This document shows, piece after piece, positions 1 through 8,736 of a DNA stretch of 32,788 nt. Below the pieces are notes generated by a model. The model did no database searches. It was not told the DNA's origin and saw only the letters and a list, made by a program, of their open reading frames with translations. Made by a program: the position numbers and the translations under genes. Source of the DNA: Nanobdellota archaeon (GTDB lineage Archaea > Nanobdellota > Nanobdellia > SCGC-AAA011-G17 > GW2011-AR17); contig JASEIA010000003.1 in assembly GCA_030018575.1 (NCBI GenBank), forward strand, positions 1 to 32,788, read 5' to 3'. The stretch's first letter is position 1; every line of letters starts with the position of its first letter.

Positions 1-131
1 AAATCCCGACAAGGAAGCATGTTTTTCACTACCAGCCTAATGGGATAGGCTCTTATTCTTTTTTCTTTTCTTAATGCTTCTCCATAAGAATATAATGCCC
101 TTTGTACATGATTATGATAATGACTTACCAT
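1..131 (-). CDS. 5' part of a hypothetical protein running off the window (MVSHYHNHVQRALYSYGEALRKEKRIRAYPIRL...)
   Basis: Manual translation: ATG at 131, frame open to position 1; TATA-like TTTATATA on the minus strand at ~249-242. Confidence 0.45.
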   Translation of the reverse strand, partial: MVSHYHNHVQRALYSYGEALRKEKRIRAYPIRLVVKNMLPCRD

Positions 132-255
132 TTTAACGTCTAGCTAAGAATGAAATCCTTCGTTTCCTGCTTCTCCCCTGCATTTTAACAAAAAAGTTAC
201 CCTTCTGCGTTTAGCCATAATTTCTCATAATTGAGAACAGTTATATAAATATTTC

Positions 256-1392
256 CTATAATTGTATTTGCTGCTCCAAATATTCAAATTCTTGACCATT
301 CTCAAGAAAGTTCATTTGATGTGAGCTTAGTTTTTGTAAAGCGGCTTTTATAGCTTCTTCCGACCGATCTATTCCTATCCAATTCCTTCCCAACTCTTGA
401 GCTGCTTTTAATGTTGTTCCAGAACCGCAGAAACAATCTAAAATAATACTATCTTTATTAGAAGATGTACTTACAATAAGTTTCAATAGATTTAGATTTT
501 TTTCCGTAGGATAAGTGGGGTTCTGTAAATCTTTAAATTCTATGATGTCTTGTATCTTTTTTCCCTCTTTTTCGTCAGCATATATCTTTTTTCTAGGAAC
601 TCCTTTTTTTGACCATTCTATTAAACCTTTCTTATCTAAATCTTCTAAAACATCTGGAGAACTTCTCCAATGTCTCCCTTTAGGGGGCAATATGCCCCTC
701 CAAGGCTGTCCAGTCGCTCCCGCTTTTGTTTCCCCGGGAGCATGAAGAGGTATTGTTGTATATCTGCGCCCGTCTTTGTCTATTTTTTTAAATAATCTCT
801 CAATATCTTCGTCAGACATTGGTATCTTCGGTTCATTCCATATGTGTTTCCCTGTTTTTGAATAGAACAAAACCATATCCTTAATGTTCCCATAAGCTTT
901 TCTTTCAAAATTTTTAGGGTTACATTTTATTCTAGTTATATCATTAATAAAATTATTTTTTCCAAATACTTCATCCATTATAATTTTAATATAATGCCCG
1001 ATTTTATAATCGATATGGAAATAGATTGAACCCTTTTCAGAAAGTAATTCCTTTAGTAATATCAATCTTTGCCTAATAAATTCCAAATATCCTGGGCCAA
1101 TTAAAGAATCGTCATAAGCAATATTATCCGCATTGCTTCGGCTTATAGAATTTGCTTTTTCTTGGCTCATTCTGAATATGTTATTTGTGGAAAATGGGGG
1201 GTCTATATAGATTAAATCAATTTTACCACGCAATCCCCCGTGGTTAATCAAATAATTCAGAACTTCTATATTTTCCCCATAAATCAATTTTGAATTAGTT
1301 TTAGGATTCCCCTTTATTGAATTTAGTTTACACTCTCTTATACTCTTGAAAATTTCCTCTTCGCCTTTTTTTCCACCATAAGCTAAAATCAT
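256..1392 (-). CDS. Site-specific DNA amino-methyltransferase, beta class (N6_N4_Mtase; M.Tsp45I-like)
   Basis: IYIDPPF catalytic motif precedes the DCFCGSGTT SAM-binding motif; GGAGGT RBS before ATG 1392; AT-rich; directly downstream of an REase-like gene. Confidence 0.9.
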   Translation of the reverse strand: MILAYGGKKGEEEIFKSIRECKLNSIKGNPKTNSKLIYGENIEVLNYLINHGGLRGKIDLIYIDPPFSTNNIFRMSQEKANSISRSNADNIAYDDSLIGPGYLEFIRQRLILLKELLSEKGSIYFHIDYKIGHYIKIIMDEVFGKNNFINDITRIKCNPKNFERKAYGNIKDMVLFYSKTGKHIWNEPKIPMSDEDIERLFKKIDKDGRRYTTIPLHAPGETKAGATGQPWRGILPPKGRHWRSSPDVLEDLDKKGLIEWSKKGVPRKKIYADEKEGKKIQDIIEFKDLQNPTYPTEKNLNLLKLIVSTSSNKDSIILDCFCGSGTTLKAAQELGRNWIGIDRSEEAIKAALQKLSSHQMNFLENGQEFEYLEQQIQL

Positions 1393-1410
1393 TGATACCT
1401 CCCCTTTCAA

Positions 1411-2193
1411 TTATAAGGAATATAAAAATTCCCTAAGGGCCAGAGCACTCATAATATTATTGTCTTTATAGGTTGTAGTTATACTTTTATACATCTTATT
1501 ATTCCCTTTAATGTATAAAACGCCATCAAGGATAGCTATTATTACAGCTTTAACTCCAGTTGTTTTTAGTGTACTTATCGCATCTTCAAATTGAGCGTTT
1601 TGATGCCCGCCGAAATCCGTTAAAAACTTTGCTTCACTAAGAACATATTTACCATTAAATCTTGCAACAAAATCCAGTCCCTTATTCCGTGTATAGCCCA
1701 GATATTCTTTGGCAAAATTCATCATTTCCTTATCACTAGCCGATAGGATAGCATTTCCTTTAATTGAAGTAAAATCTTCCATGCCTAATACTGGTGCACC
1801 CAATGTCCCTTTCAGTATCCATCTTTTGAATAAAGGTCCAATTTGCCTGTTTGTTTCTTTAGGCTCTGTGCATTTTTCATATATTTCCTTTAAACCTAAT
1901 TCTTGTAATCTCCCATAGATTCTATCTACTGTATTGGGATTACGACCGATAGCAGATGTATCCCTTTTCAAATATGCAATATAAGAATCTTTTATTGGGA
2001 ATAAATCCATAGATAAAAGTAAGTTTAATAATTCAACTTTATTCTTATTATTAAATGCTTTTTCTATAGCTTTCCACTTTTGGCTATCAACTTCCCTTAT
2101 ATCTTCAGGTATTGTAGGGTATATTTTAAATAATTCATCTAAATAGTTTTTTTGATTCGCAAATTGAATACTTAAGTCCATCCAATGATTCAT
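1411..2193 (-). CDS. Type II restriction endonuclease, Tsp45I-like family
   Basis: LDF...EAK PD-(D/E)XK-like motif; N-terminus NHWMDLSIQFANQKNYLDELF and TDFGGHQNAQF resemble the Tsp45I family from recall; paired with the MTase; GGTGA RBS before ATG 2193; TTTATAAA at ~2233-2226. Confidence 0.72.
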   Translation of the reverse strand: MNHWMDLSIQFANQKNYLDELFKIYPTIPEDIREVDSQKWKAIEKAFNNKNKVELLNLLLSMDLFPIKDSYIAYLKRDTSAIGRNPNTVDRIYGRLQELGLKEIYEKCTEPKETNRQIGPLFKRWILKGTLGAPVLGMEDFTSIKGNAILSASDKEMMNFAKEYLGYTRNKGLDFVARFNGKYVLSEAKFLTDFGGHQNAQFEDAISTLKTTGVKAVIIAILDGVLYIKGNNKMYKSITTTYKDNNIMSALALREFLYSL

Positions 2194-2320
2194 TCTATCA
2201 CCCCATTTCATATAATAACCTCTCATTTATAAATCTATTCCAAACCAACGACGGAAAACCCACCCCCTTGTCCTTCGGACAAATAGAGCCCCTGACACTC
2301 CGCTGCGCTACGTTCCGAGC

Positions 2321-2374
2321 TGCTTTAAAACGCAAAGCGTTTTCGGCATGCCGAAACTTTGCGAGTTTCCAGCA
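2321..2374. repeat. Family A three-hairpin palindromic repeat, copy 1
   Basis: TGCT-TT-AAAACGC aaa GCGTTTT-CGGC at GCCG-AAACT ttgcg AGTTT-CC-AGCA; related copy at 8136-8192. Confidence 0.8.
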
Positions 2375-2488
2375 CTTCCTTTGTTTCACTCGGAAGACTG
2401 CGGCGGATAGATATATCGCCCACACGCTAATCTTTATATATCTTTGTGCCCTAATGAATAACGAGGATAAGTTAAAAAAAGAGGTTAT

Positions 2489-5400
2489 ATGGCAGACGAA
2501 AACACCAAAATCCCGCCGGGCGGCTACCAGGTTATAAAGGAAGGCAGCGAAGAGGTAATAAGGGTTAATTATGAGCAGGCTCCTTACTCTCCATCCATAG
2601 AGGACAACCCGACTGTCATGATGGATGCCATTGACAAGCTTGCAGAAAATCCTTCTGTTGCAAGGCTCATATTCCTGCAGAGGCGCTTTTATGAATATCC
2701 TTACGAACAGACGCAGATGCTTGTCGAGGTTGCAAACCTCTACAGCTATCTGATAAAATCAAAGAAAGTTCTGAGCCCTGAGTCTTTGGGAACGTCATTT
2801 GAAGCGCAGGGAACGCTTGCAGAAAGGTATGCTGTCATACACTCAATTGTTTTTGAGCTTCTGCGCTCTGACCCATTGGGAGCTTATGTTGAATTAAAGC
2901 GCGTTTTAAGGGCTGAAGTGGCAAAGCAGGAAGCAACAAAAGACCCCAGGCAAAAGGATTCAAGAGAAATATTCTTGGGGCTTTTGAAGGCAATCCTGAA
3001 CATGTTTGAAGAGATGAAGCTTGTCAAGGCAGCTTCTCATTACCTTGCAGGATATAATTTAGGCGACAGGGGAGTGTACCGGCTTTTTTTCAGGGCTGTG
3101 ATTACGCCTGACTTCATGTTCACAAGAGTGATGGCAAATCCCCCTCTTGGCGGGGAAGAGATGGAAGTGTACAGCATTGACAAGGACACAAGCGTCACTT
3201 TATTCAGGGTTAATGACGACATAAAATTCCTTTACCACATGACCCCTCCCGAGTTCACAATCAGCGAGGACAAGTACACGCTTGTTGACATGGCAAAAAC
3301 AGTGCTTTCAGAGCACCAGCCGAAAGAGGGCCAGTTCCTTGACCCGCACAAATTAAGAAACACATTCGCAAATATCGGAAAGGATTTATTGAGAGAGCTT
3401 GCAGAGGCGCAGAATGTAGAGCTTTCAATGAAGGACATAAAGCTTCTTACTGAAATACTCATAAGGCATACAATCGGATTTGGCTTCATGGAGCTTATCT
3501 TAAAGGACCAGAAAGTGCAGGATGCGCAGGTTAATTCGCCAAACGGCGAAGTTCCAATATTTGTGCTGCATGCTGATTATGGGAACTGCACTTCAAACCT
3601 TATACCTGCAAGGACTGACACTGAAAGCTGGGCTTCAAAGTTCAGGCTCCTGAGCGGCAGGCCTTTAGACGAGGCAAACCCTATACTTGACACTGAACTG
3701 CATCTTCCTAATTCCACTTCAAGAGTCTCGATAATTACAAGGCCGCTTAATCCTTACGGGCTTGCATTTTCTTTCAGAAGGCACAGGGATGAGCCGTGGA
3801 CCCTTCCGTTATTTGTCAAGAACAGGATGCTTAACCCTCTTGCAGCAGGGCTTATCAGCTTTCTTGTTGACGGAACAAGGACAATGCTTGTTGCAGGGAC
3901 AAGGTCAAGCGGAAAAACCTCTTTGCTTGGCGGATGCATGATTGAGATAATGAGAAAAAATCGCATTATTACGGTGGAGGACAGCGTTACAGGCGATACT
4001 GAGCTTGTATCTTTCAGAAAAGATGCAGGATATGATATTTCAACATTTGAAGGGCTGTTTGACTCGCTTAAGGAAAAATCCAGCACTATAAACAGCAGGG
4101 AATTCATCAATAACCCCGGATTTAAAGTATTTGCATTTGACAATAAAGGAAAGATAAGGCTTGCAAAAGCAACAAAACTGATAAGGCACAAGGTAACCAA
4201 GCCTATTTATGAAATAACAACTGCCACGGGCAGGATAATCAAGGTAACAGGGGACCATTCGCTATTCAGGATTGGCGAGAGGGATGTTAAGCAGGAAATT
4301 AAGGCGTCAGAAATTAAGGAAGGCGATTTCATCCTTACGCCGAGGAGGCTCTTGTTCAAATGCAAAGAAAAGCCCTACTGGAATATAATGCAGAGCCTGC
4401 TGAAATTTCACATGGACAAGGACATTTTTGTTTCCGGAGACGATTTTGCCCGCACTCTTGCAAAAAGCAGGGGAAAAATAAAAAAAGCATGCAGGAAGCT
4501 AGGGTATAAGCCGGTTACTGCAAATAGCTGGATAAGGAAAGGCATTCTGCCCTTAAAGGCAGCAAATGAAATTGGCATAACAGGCAGAGTGAACAGGCTT
4601 AAGCTCGGCAGGAATTCCGGGTTTGTCCCTGCTACAATAAGGCTGGACAGCCTCTTCCTTTCATTTTTAGGGCTTTGGCTTGCTGACGGCTGTTACGATG
4701 CGCGCTCGGTAATATTATCAGTCAGCAGCGCAGAGGAAAGGAACATAGTGAAAGCAATAGCCCTGAGATACGGCTTTCCGGTTAAAATGCATAGCGACGG
4801 ATTTTCTTTAATGATAAATTCAAAGTCATTTAAGTTCCTTATGAAGGAGCTTTGCTGTTTCAGCGGCAATGCTTATACAAAGCATATACCTCCATGGGTT
4901 TTCAACCTTTCCAGAAAACAAAAATCGTCTTTTTTAAGGGGGCTGTTCAGCGGAGACGGATGCGTTTCTGACAAGGAGATTGTAATCTCGCTTGCGTCAA
5001 GAAAGCTGCTATCTGGCATACAGACTATTCTTCTTGATTACGGCATAATATTCAGGATTAATGCCCTGAGAAAGGCAAAATTTCATCCCAATGACAGGAC
5101 ACGTGACGGAAGAATCAGCGCATTAAATTCCATTAATAGCTTTAAGGAGATTGGATTCTTGCAGAAATATAAGAATATGCGCCTCTCAGCATTGCTGAAG
5201 AAGGTTTCCACGCACGATTCCAGCGATGTTGTCCCCCTGCCGTTAAGCGTCAGGAATGAAATTGCAAGCGCCCTTTCGCAAAAGCAATTTAGTACAAATG
5301 ATTATTTAATAAGAAAAAATGAAATTGGCAGGGGCAAGCTAAAGAAAATAGCAATGGCTTTTAAATCTGCAAAAAGAGGCAAACTCATTTCTTTACTTCT

Positions 5401-6337
5401 GGAAAACCTTGCAGAAAGCGACATATTTTGGGATAAAGCAGCAAGGGTTAGAAAAACAGAGCCTGAACAGTATGTGTATGATATCTCAGTGCCTGGCTAT
5501 GAAAATTTTGTGTGCAACAATATCCTTGCCCATAACACCCTTGAGCTTCCGACAGAAGCAATGAGAAAACTAAATTATGACATACAGCCATTGAAAGTAA
5601 GGGCTGCATTGATGGAAGGCGGCAATGAAATGGCTGCTGCAGAGGGAATAAGAACCTCGTTAAGAATGGGCGACAGCGCGCTGATTATCGGCGAGGTAAG
5701 GAGCAAGGAAGCGATTGCATTGTATGAGGCAATGAGAATCGGCGCAATGGCAAACACTGTCGCAGGCACCATACACGGCGACTCGCCTTACGGAGTTTTT
5801 GACAGGGTTGTCAATGATTTGGGGGTTCCAAGGACTTCATTCAAGGCAACTGACATAATAATTGTTGCAAATCCTTTAAAGAGCCCTGACGGGCTTCACA
5901 GATGGAGAAGGGTTACGCAAATCACAGAAGTAAGGAAAGAATGGGAGCAAGACCCGATGACTGAAGGGGCTTTTGTTGATTTGATGAGGTATAATTCACA
6001 GACAGACCAGCTTGAGCCGACTCCTGAATTGATTAACGGCGAATCAGAGATTTTAAAGACGATTGGGGCAAATGTAAAGGAGTGGACAGGCAACTGGGAC
6101 GCGATATGGGACAACATAATGCTCCGCGCTGAAATAAAAAAGCTGATTGTTGAGTATTCGCAGCGAACAAAGAATCCGCTGATGCTTGAAGCGAAGTTTG
6201 TAATACAGGGAAATGACGTATTCCACAGGATTTCAGAGCAGGTTCTTGAAGAGGCAGGGCACATAGATACAAAGAGAATTCTTTTTGAGTGGGAAGAGTG
6301 GCTCAAGAAGGAAGTAAGAAGAAAGCAGATGGCGTGA
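2489..6337 (+). CDS. Type II/IV secretion or type IV pilus ATPase (VirB11/TadA/ArlI family) containing an intein; ~764 aa after splicing
   Basis: Walker A GTRSSGKT, Asp box ITVED|TLEL split by the intein, Walker B IIGEVR, His box GTIHG; GAGGT RBS. Confidence 0.93.
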   Translation: MADENTKIPPGGYQVIKEGSEEVIRVNYEQAPYSPSIEDNPTVMMDAIDKLAENPSVARLIFLQRRFYEYPYEQTQMLVEVANLYSYLIKSKKVLSPESLGTSFEAQGTLAERYAVIHSIVFELLRSDPLGAYVELKRVLRAEVAKQEATKDPRQKDSREIFLGLLKAILNMFEEMKLVKAASHYLAGYNLGDRGVYRLFFRAVITPDFMFTRVMANPPLGGEEMEVYSIDKDTSVTLFRVNDDIKFLYHMTPPEFTISEDKYTLVDMAKTVLSEHQPKEGQFLDPHKLRNTFANIGKDLLRELAEAQNVELSMKDIKLLTEILIRHTIGFGFMELILKDQKVQDAQVNSPNGEVPIFVLHADYGNCTSNLIPARTDTESWASKFRLLSGRPLDEANPILDTELHLPNSTSRVSIITRPLNPYGLAFSFRRHRDEPWTLPLFVKNRMLNPLAAGLISFLVDGTRTMLVAGTRSSGKTSLLGGCMIEIMRKNRIITVEDSVTGDTELVSFRKDAGYDISTFEGLFDSLKEKSSTINSREFINNPGFKVFAFDNKGKIRLAKATKLIRHKVTKPIYEITTATGRIIKVTGDHSLFRIGERDVKQEIKASEIKEGDFILTPRRLLFKCKEKPYWNIMQSLLKFHMDKDIFVSGDDFARTLAKSRGKIKKACRKLGYKPVTANSWIRKGILPLKAANEIGITGRVNRLKLGRNSGFVPATIRLDSLFLSFLGLWLADGCYDARSVILSVSSAEERNIVKAIALRYGFPVKMHSDGFSLMINSKSFKFLMKELCCFSGNAYTKHIPPWVFNLSRKQKSSFLRGLFSGDGCVSDKEIVISLASRKLLSGIQTILLDYGIIFRINALRKAKFHPNDRTRDGRISALNSINSFKEIGFLQKYKNMRLSALLKKVSTHDSSDVVPLPLSVRNEIASALSQKQFSTNDYLIRKNEIGRGKLKKIAMAFKSAKRGKLISLLLENLAESDIFWDKAARVRKTEPEQYVYDISVPGYENFVCNNILAHNTLELPTEAMRKLNYDIQPLKVRAALMEGGNEMAAAEGIRTSLRMGDSALIIGEVRSKEAIALYEAMRIGAMANTVAGTIHGDSPYGVFDRVVNDLGVPRTSFKATDIIIVANPLKSPDGLHRWRRVTQITEVRKEWEQDPMTEGAFVDLMRYNSQTDQLEPTPELINGESEILKTIGANVKEWTGNWDAIWDNIMLRAEIKKLIVEYSQRTKNPLMLEAKFVIQGNDVFHRISEQVLEEAGHIDTKRILFEWEEWLKKEVRRKQMA
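3983..5536 (+). mobile_element. Intein (518 aa) with LAGLIDADG homing endonuclease
   Basis: Starts SVTGDT; block B TGDH; LGLWLADG and FLRGLFSGDG motifs; block F YVYDISV; ends LAHN with +1 Thr; removal restores ITVEDTLELP. Confidence 0.93.
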
Positions 6338-6417
6338 GTAGACTTGTAGGCAAGTAGTTAGTAGGTATGTAGGACTGTAGCAAGCAGCGGGCGGAAAGAA
6401 AAGGCAGAGCTCCGCTG
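6338..6417. repeat. Periodic GTAG tract followed by a CAGCGG/CCGCTG stem between convergent genes
   Basis: GTAG at 6338, 6346, 6354, 6361, 6369, 6377 and GCAG at 6384; stem arms 6385-6390 and 6412-6417. Confidence 0.55.
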
Positions 6418-6442
6418 TGAATTAAATCAATTAAAAGAATTT

Positions 6443-6976
6443 CTATTCCCTGCTCGCAATGAACCTTATCGCCTGCGCCGCAATAACCAGAAGCAGGAAC
6501 ATTCCAAGCACTCTCGGGTGGAACACAATCTTCCCAACCTGCCCTGTGACAGAAGAGCCGTCTGTTGCATTTGTCCCGCCATAGATTGTCTGTATCTGCG
6601 CGCCGTAAACCTGCGTAAGCGCATAAACCAGGATTACAATGCAGAGTATGACTATGACCCAGGCATTGCCTTTCTCGCTCAGCGCGGCGCCGATTCTTTC
6701 CTCTTTTACGCCTGCAAACATAAACAGGAGCATAACCAATACAAGGAACACAAACAACACAGTGAACCACGGCGTGATTATCTTTACAATGCCCAGCAAG
6801 TCAGGCGTTAATATGAAAAGGAATCCAATCGCAAATGCAATAAGCGCATTCAGCCCCCTGTTCTTTCCAAAGAAGCCGAACTTCTCAAGCAATGCAAACA
6901 GTATTGCAAACACAAACAGGAATACAAATACAGGGACAAAATAATCCAGAATCCCTATATCCAAAATGCTTGCCAT
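6443..6976 (-). CDS. Multi-pass membrane protein, paralog 3 of a tandem triplet
   Basis: Motif D...FLFVFAILFALLEK..FG...N..IA shared with the two upstream genes; ATG abuts the upstream TAA. Confidence 0.85.
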   Translation of the reverse strand: MASILDIGILDYFVPVFVFLFVFAILFALLEKFGFFGKNRGLNALIAFAIGFLFILTPDLLGIVKIITPWFTVLFVFLVLVMLLFMFAGVKEERIGAALSEKGNAWVIVILCIVILVYALTQVYGAQIQTIYGGTNATDGSSVTGQVGKIVFHPRVLGMFLLLVIAAQAIRFIASRE

Positions 6977-7546
6977 TTATTTATGCCTGCCTCCGCCAAA
7001 TCCAAACTGGCCAGGCGCCTGCTCAACAACCTTGTTCAAGTCTGACCTCTTGTCGCTGAATATCCATAGCAATAATACGAATATACCCACTGCCAATAAT
7101 ATTGCCTTATCTTGAGATGAAAGCACAAGCCATCTTGGCCATGCCGTATTAATTCCCGGTATTGAGCTGAATACAGACCAGATGATTCCGACAACAGCGC
7201 CAATCATTCCAATGAAGAAAGGCCAGCCTGTCCATCCTGTTGACTCTCCTGAGCCTAATATTCCCAATATCAAAAGCAGCATAAGCAATACCAATACTAT
7301 CATTGATATCTTTGGCAGGAACTGCTGGACTGTCGTGATAACTGCAGGCACCCTGACAAAGAAGAATGCAATGACTGCGGCAACAACTATGTTGATGTTC
7401 TTTGTGTCTGCCCCAAACAATTTTATCTTTTGAAGCAATGCAAACATTATTGTGAATACAAGCATGAAAGGCAAAATAACATCATAAAAGCCCATCTGCT
7501 CCAGCTGTTTGATCATGTCACTGAAATTTACGTCTTCAAATACCAT
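6977..7546 (-). CDS. Multi-pass membrane protein, paralog 2 of a tandem triplet
   Basis: GFYDVILPFMLVFTIMFALLQKIKLFG...NIVVA; start moved to ATG 7546 (GGAGG RBS, 1 nt after the upstream stop). Confidence 0.85.
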   Translation of the reverse strand: MVFEDVNFSDMIKQLEQMGFYDVILPFMLVFTIMFALLQKIKLFGADTKNINIVVAAVIAFFFVRVPAVITTVQQFLPKISMIVLVLLMLLLILGILGSGESTGWTGWPFFIGMIGAVVGIIWSVFSSIPGINTAWPRWLVLSSQDKAILLAVGIFVLLLWIFSDKRSDLNKVVEQAPGQFGFGGGRHK

Positions 7547-7547
7547 A

Positions 7548-8108
7548 TTACTTCTCCTCCTTCTTGTCGCTGTCTTTGTCTTTCTTTCCGCCGACAACAA
7601 AATATATTGCCCCAACTATCACTATTACAAATATGATTGGCATGAGCGCGGTGTTAAGGTTCATTGCAAAAAAGCCAATTAGCGGGTCAAGCCATCCGAA
7701 TGAATTCAGGAATATCAGGATAACGGCAATAAACATAACCAGCGTCAGGAACCCAACCCAGTATTTTCTTCCCTCAAGGCTGAACGGCTTGTCTCCCATG
7801 AATGAGCCCGCAAGCATAAGGAAGCAGACAACTATTATGAGTATTAATGCGACATTGGGCAGCGAAACCTGCAGCGATGCCACGACCTGCTTTGCAGCGA
7901 CTGTGAAGAATGCAATTGAGAATGCAACCATTGAATTGATGCTTTTTCGCGGGTATTCCTTGTCCCCCACTTTCTCAACGCCGAAAATCCTTGTCTTTTC
8001 AAGAATCCCGAAGACAATAACGAAAACAAGCAGGAAAGGGAGTATTACGTCAAAGAATCCAAGCTTCTCAAGGAAGGTTATTACAGCTCCGAATGCGGTT
8101 TCTGCCAT
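7548..8108 (-). CDS. Multi-pass membrane protein, paralog 1 of a tandem triplet
   Basis: GFFDVILPFLLVFVIVFGILEKTRIFG...NSMVA; about five hydrophobic segments and a charged tail. Confidence 0.85.
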   Translation of the reverse strand: MAETAFGAVITFLEKLGFFDVILPFLLVFVIVFGILEKTRIFGVEKVGDKEYPRKSINSMVAFSIAFFTVAAKQVVASLQVSLPNVALILIIVVCFLMLAGSFMGDKPFSLEGRKYWVGFLTLVMFIAVILIFLNSFGWLDPLIGFFAMNLNTALMPIIFVIVIVGAIYFVVGGKKDKDSDKKEEK

Positions 8109-8135
8109 TTTTTCATTCCTGCGTCATTCAAAACC

Positions 8136-8192
8136 CGCTTGAAAACGCTTTGCGTTTTCGGCGTGCCGAAAATCCTTTTGGATTTTCCAGCA
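8136..8192. repeat. Family A three-hairpin palindromic repeat, copy 2
   Basis: GCTTG-AAAACGC ttt GCGTTTT-CGGC gt GCCG-AAAATCC tttt GGATTTT-CCAGCA. Confidence 0.8.
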
Positions 8193-8261
8193 TCACAAAG
8201 CCTAGCTTTGCAAGGTTTTTCAGCCCTTATATACACTAAGAATTAGAGCAATACAATATAT

Positions 8262-8306
8262 AAACTTTCCGCTGGGCGGGAAGCTTCGAACGAAGTGAGA
8301 AAGCTT
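8262..8306. repeat. Family B hairpin repeat (GAACGAAGTGA loop) abutting a minus-strand TATA box
   Basis: AAACTTTCC-loop-GGAAGCTTC GAACGAAGTGA GAAAGCTT; right half nearly identical to 14499-14526. Confidence 0.78.
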
Positions 8307-8385
8307 TTCGAGCAGGCAATACAAAAAAACCGCGCTAAAATATAATTAAAAATAATGAAAGAAAAGAATAAACAAAAAAAGGCAG

Positions 8386-8676
8386 TTACATCTCGGTTGT
8401 TGTTTGTCCTGTCTCTTCGCCTTCCTCGTATGCGGGAACTGCGGATTTTGAAACAACCATCACATCGCCGATTGCCTTCACGAGGTTGTGCGGGACAACA
8501 ACGCCCTTGGCGCCGCCAAGAAGCTTTGTAAGGAACGAGTTTCTCGTTGCCCTTATTCGCCAGCCGTACACCTTGTTTCCCTGGAGTATGGCTTCCTCCA
8601 CATCGCCGAAATAGTCTCCAGTGTCAGTGAAGACCTGCATGTCGTATACATCTGTTACCTGCTTTATCTTTAACAT
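8386..8676 (-). CDS. cdpB: PRC-barrel domain protein, CdpB-like (archaeal FtsZ/SepF division)
   Basis: VFTDTGDYFGDVEE...VVVPHNLVKAIGDVMVV PRC-barrel pattern; 96 aa; GGAGG RBS. Confidence 0.78.
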   Translation of the reverse strand: MLKIKQVTDVYDMQVFTDTGDYFGDVEEAILQGNKVYGWRIRATRNSFLTKLLGGAKGVVVPHNLVKAIGDVMVVSKSAVPAYEEGEETGQTTTEM

Positions 8677-8736
8677 ATATATTCCTCCTTTTATTGAATA
8701 TGCATATTGATGGAGAGCAAATACATATTTATATAG

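Noticed and set aside
2236-2430. Possible integron attC site or tRNA at the R-M boundary
   Set aside because: No convincing RYYYAAC...GTTRRRY ends, no integrase in the window, and no T-loop or anticodon-arm geometry
2198-2537. ORFs 2198-2425 (-) and 2268-2537 (+)
   Set aside because: They span the palindrome cluster and promoters, lack credible starts or motifs, and are probably open because of repeat composition
6443-8108. Triplet proteins as type IV pilins or TadB/TadC
   Set aside because: They are multi-pass proteins with no class III signal peptide (K/R-G followed by a single hydrophobic helix) and no large cytoplasmic T2SSF domains
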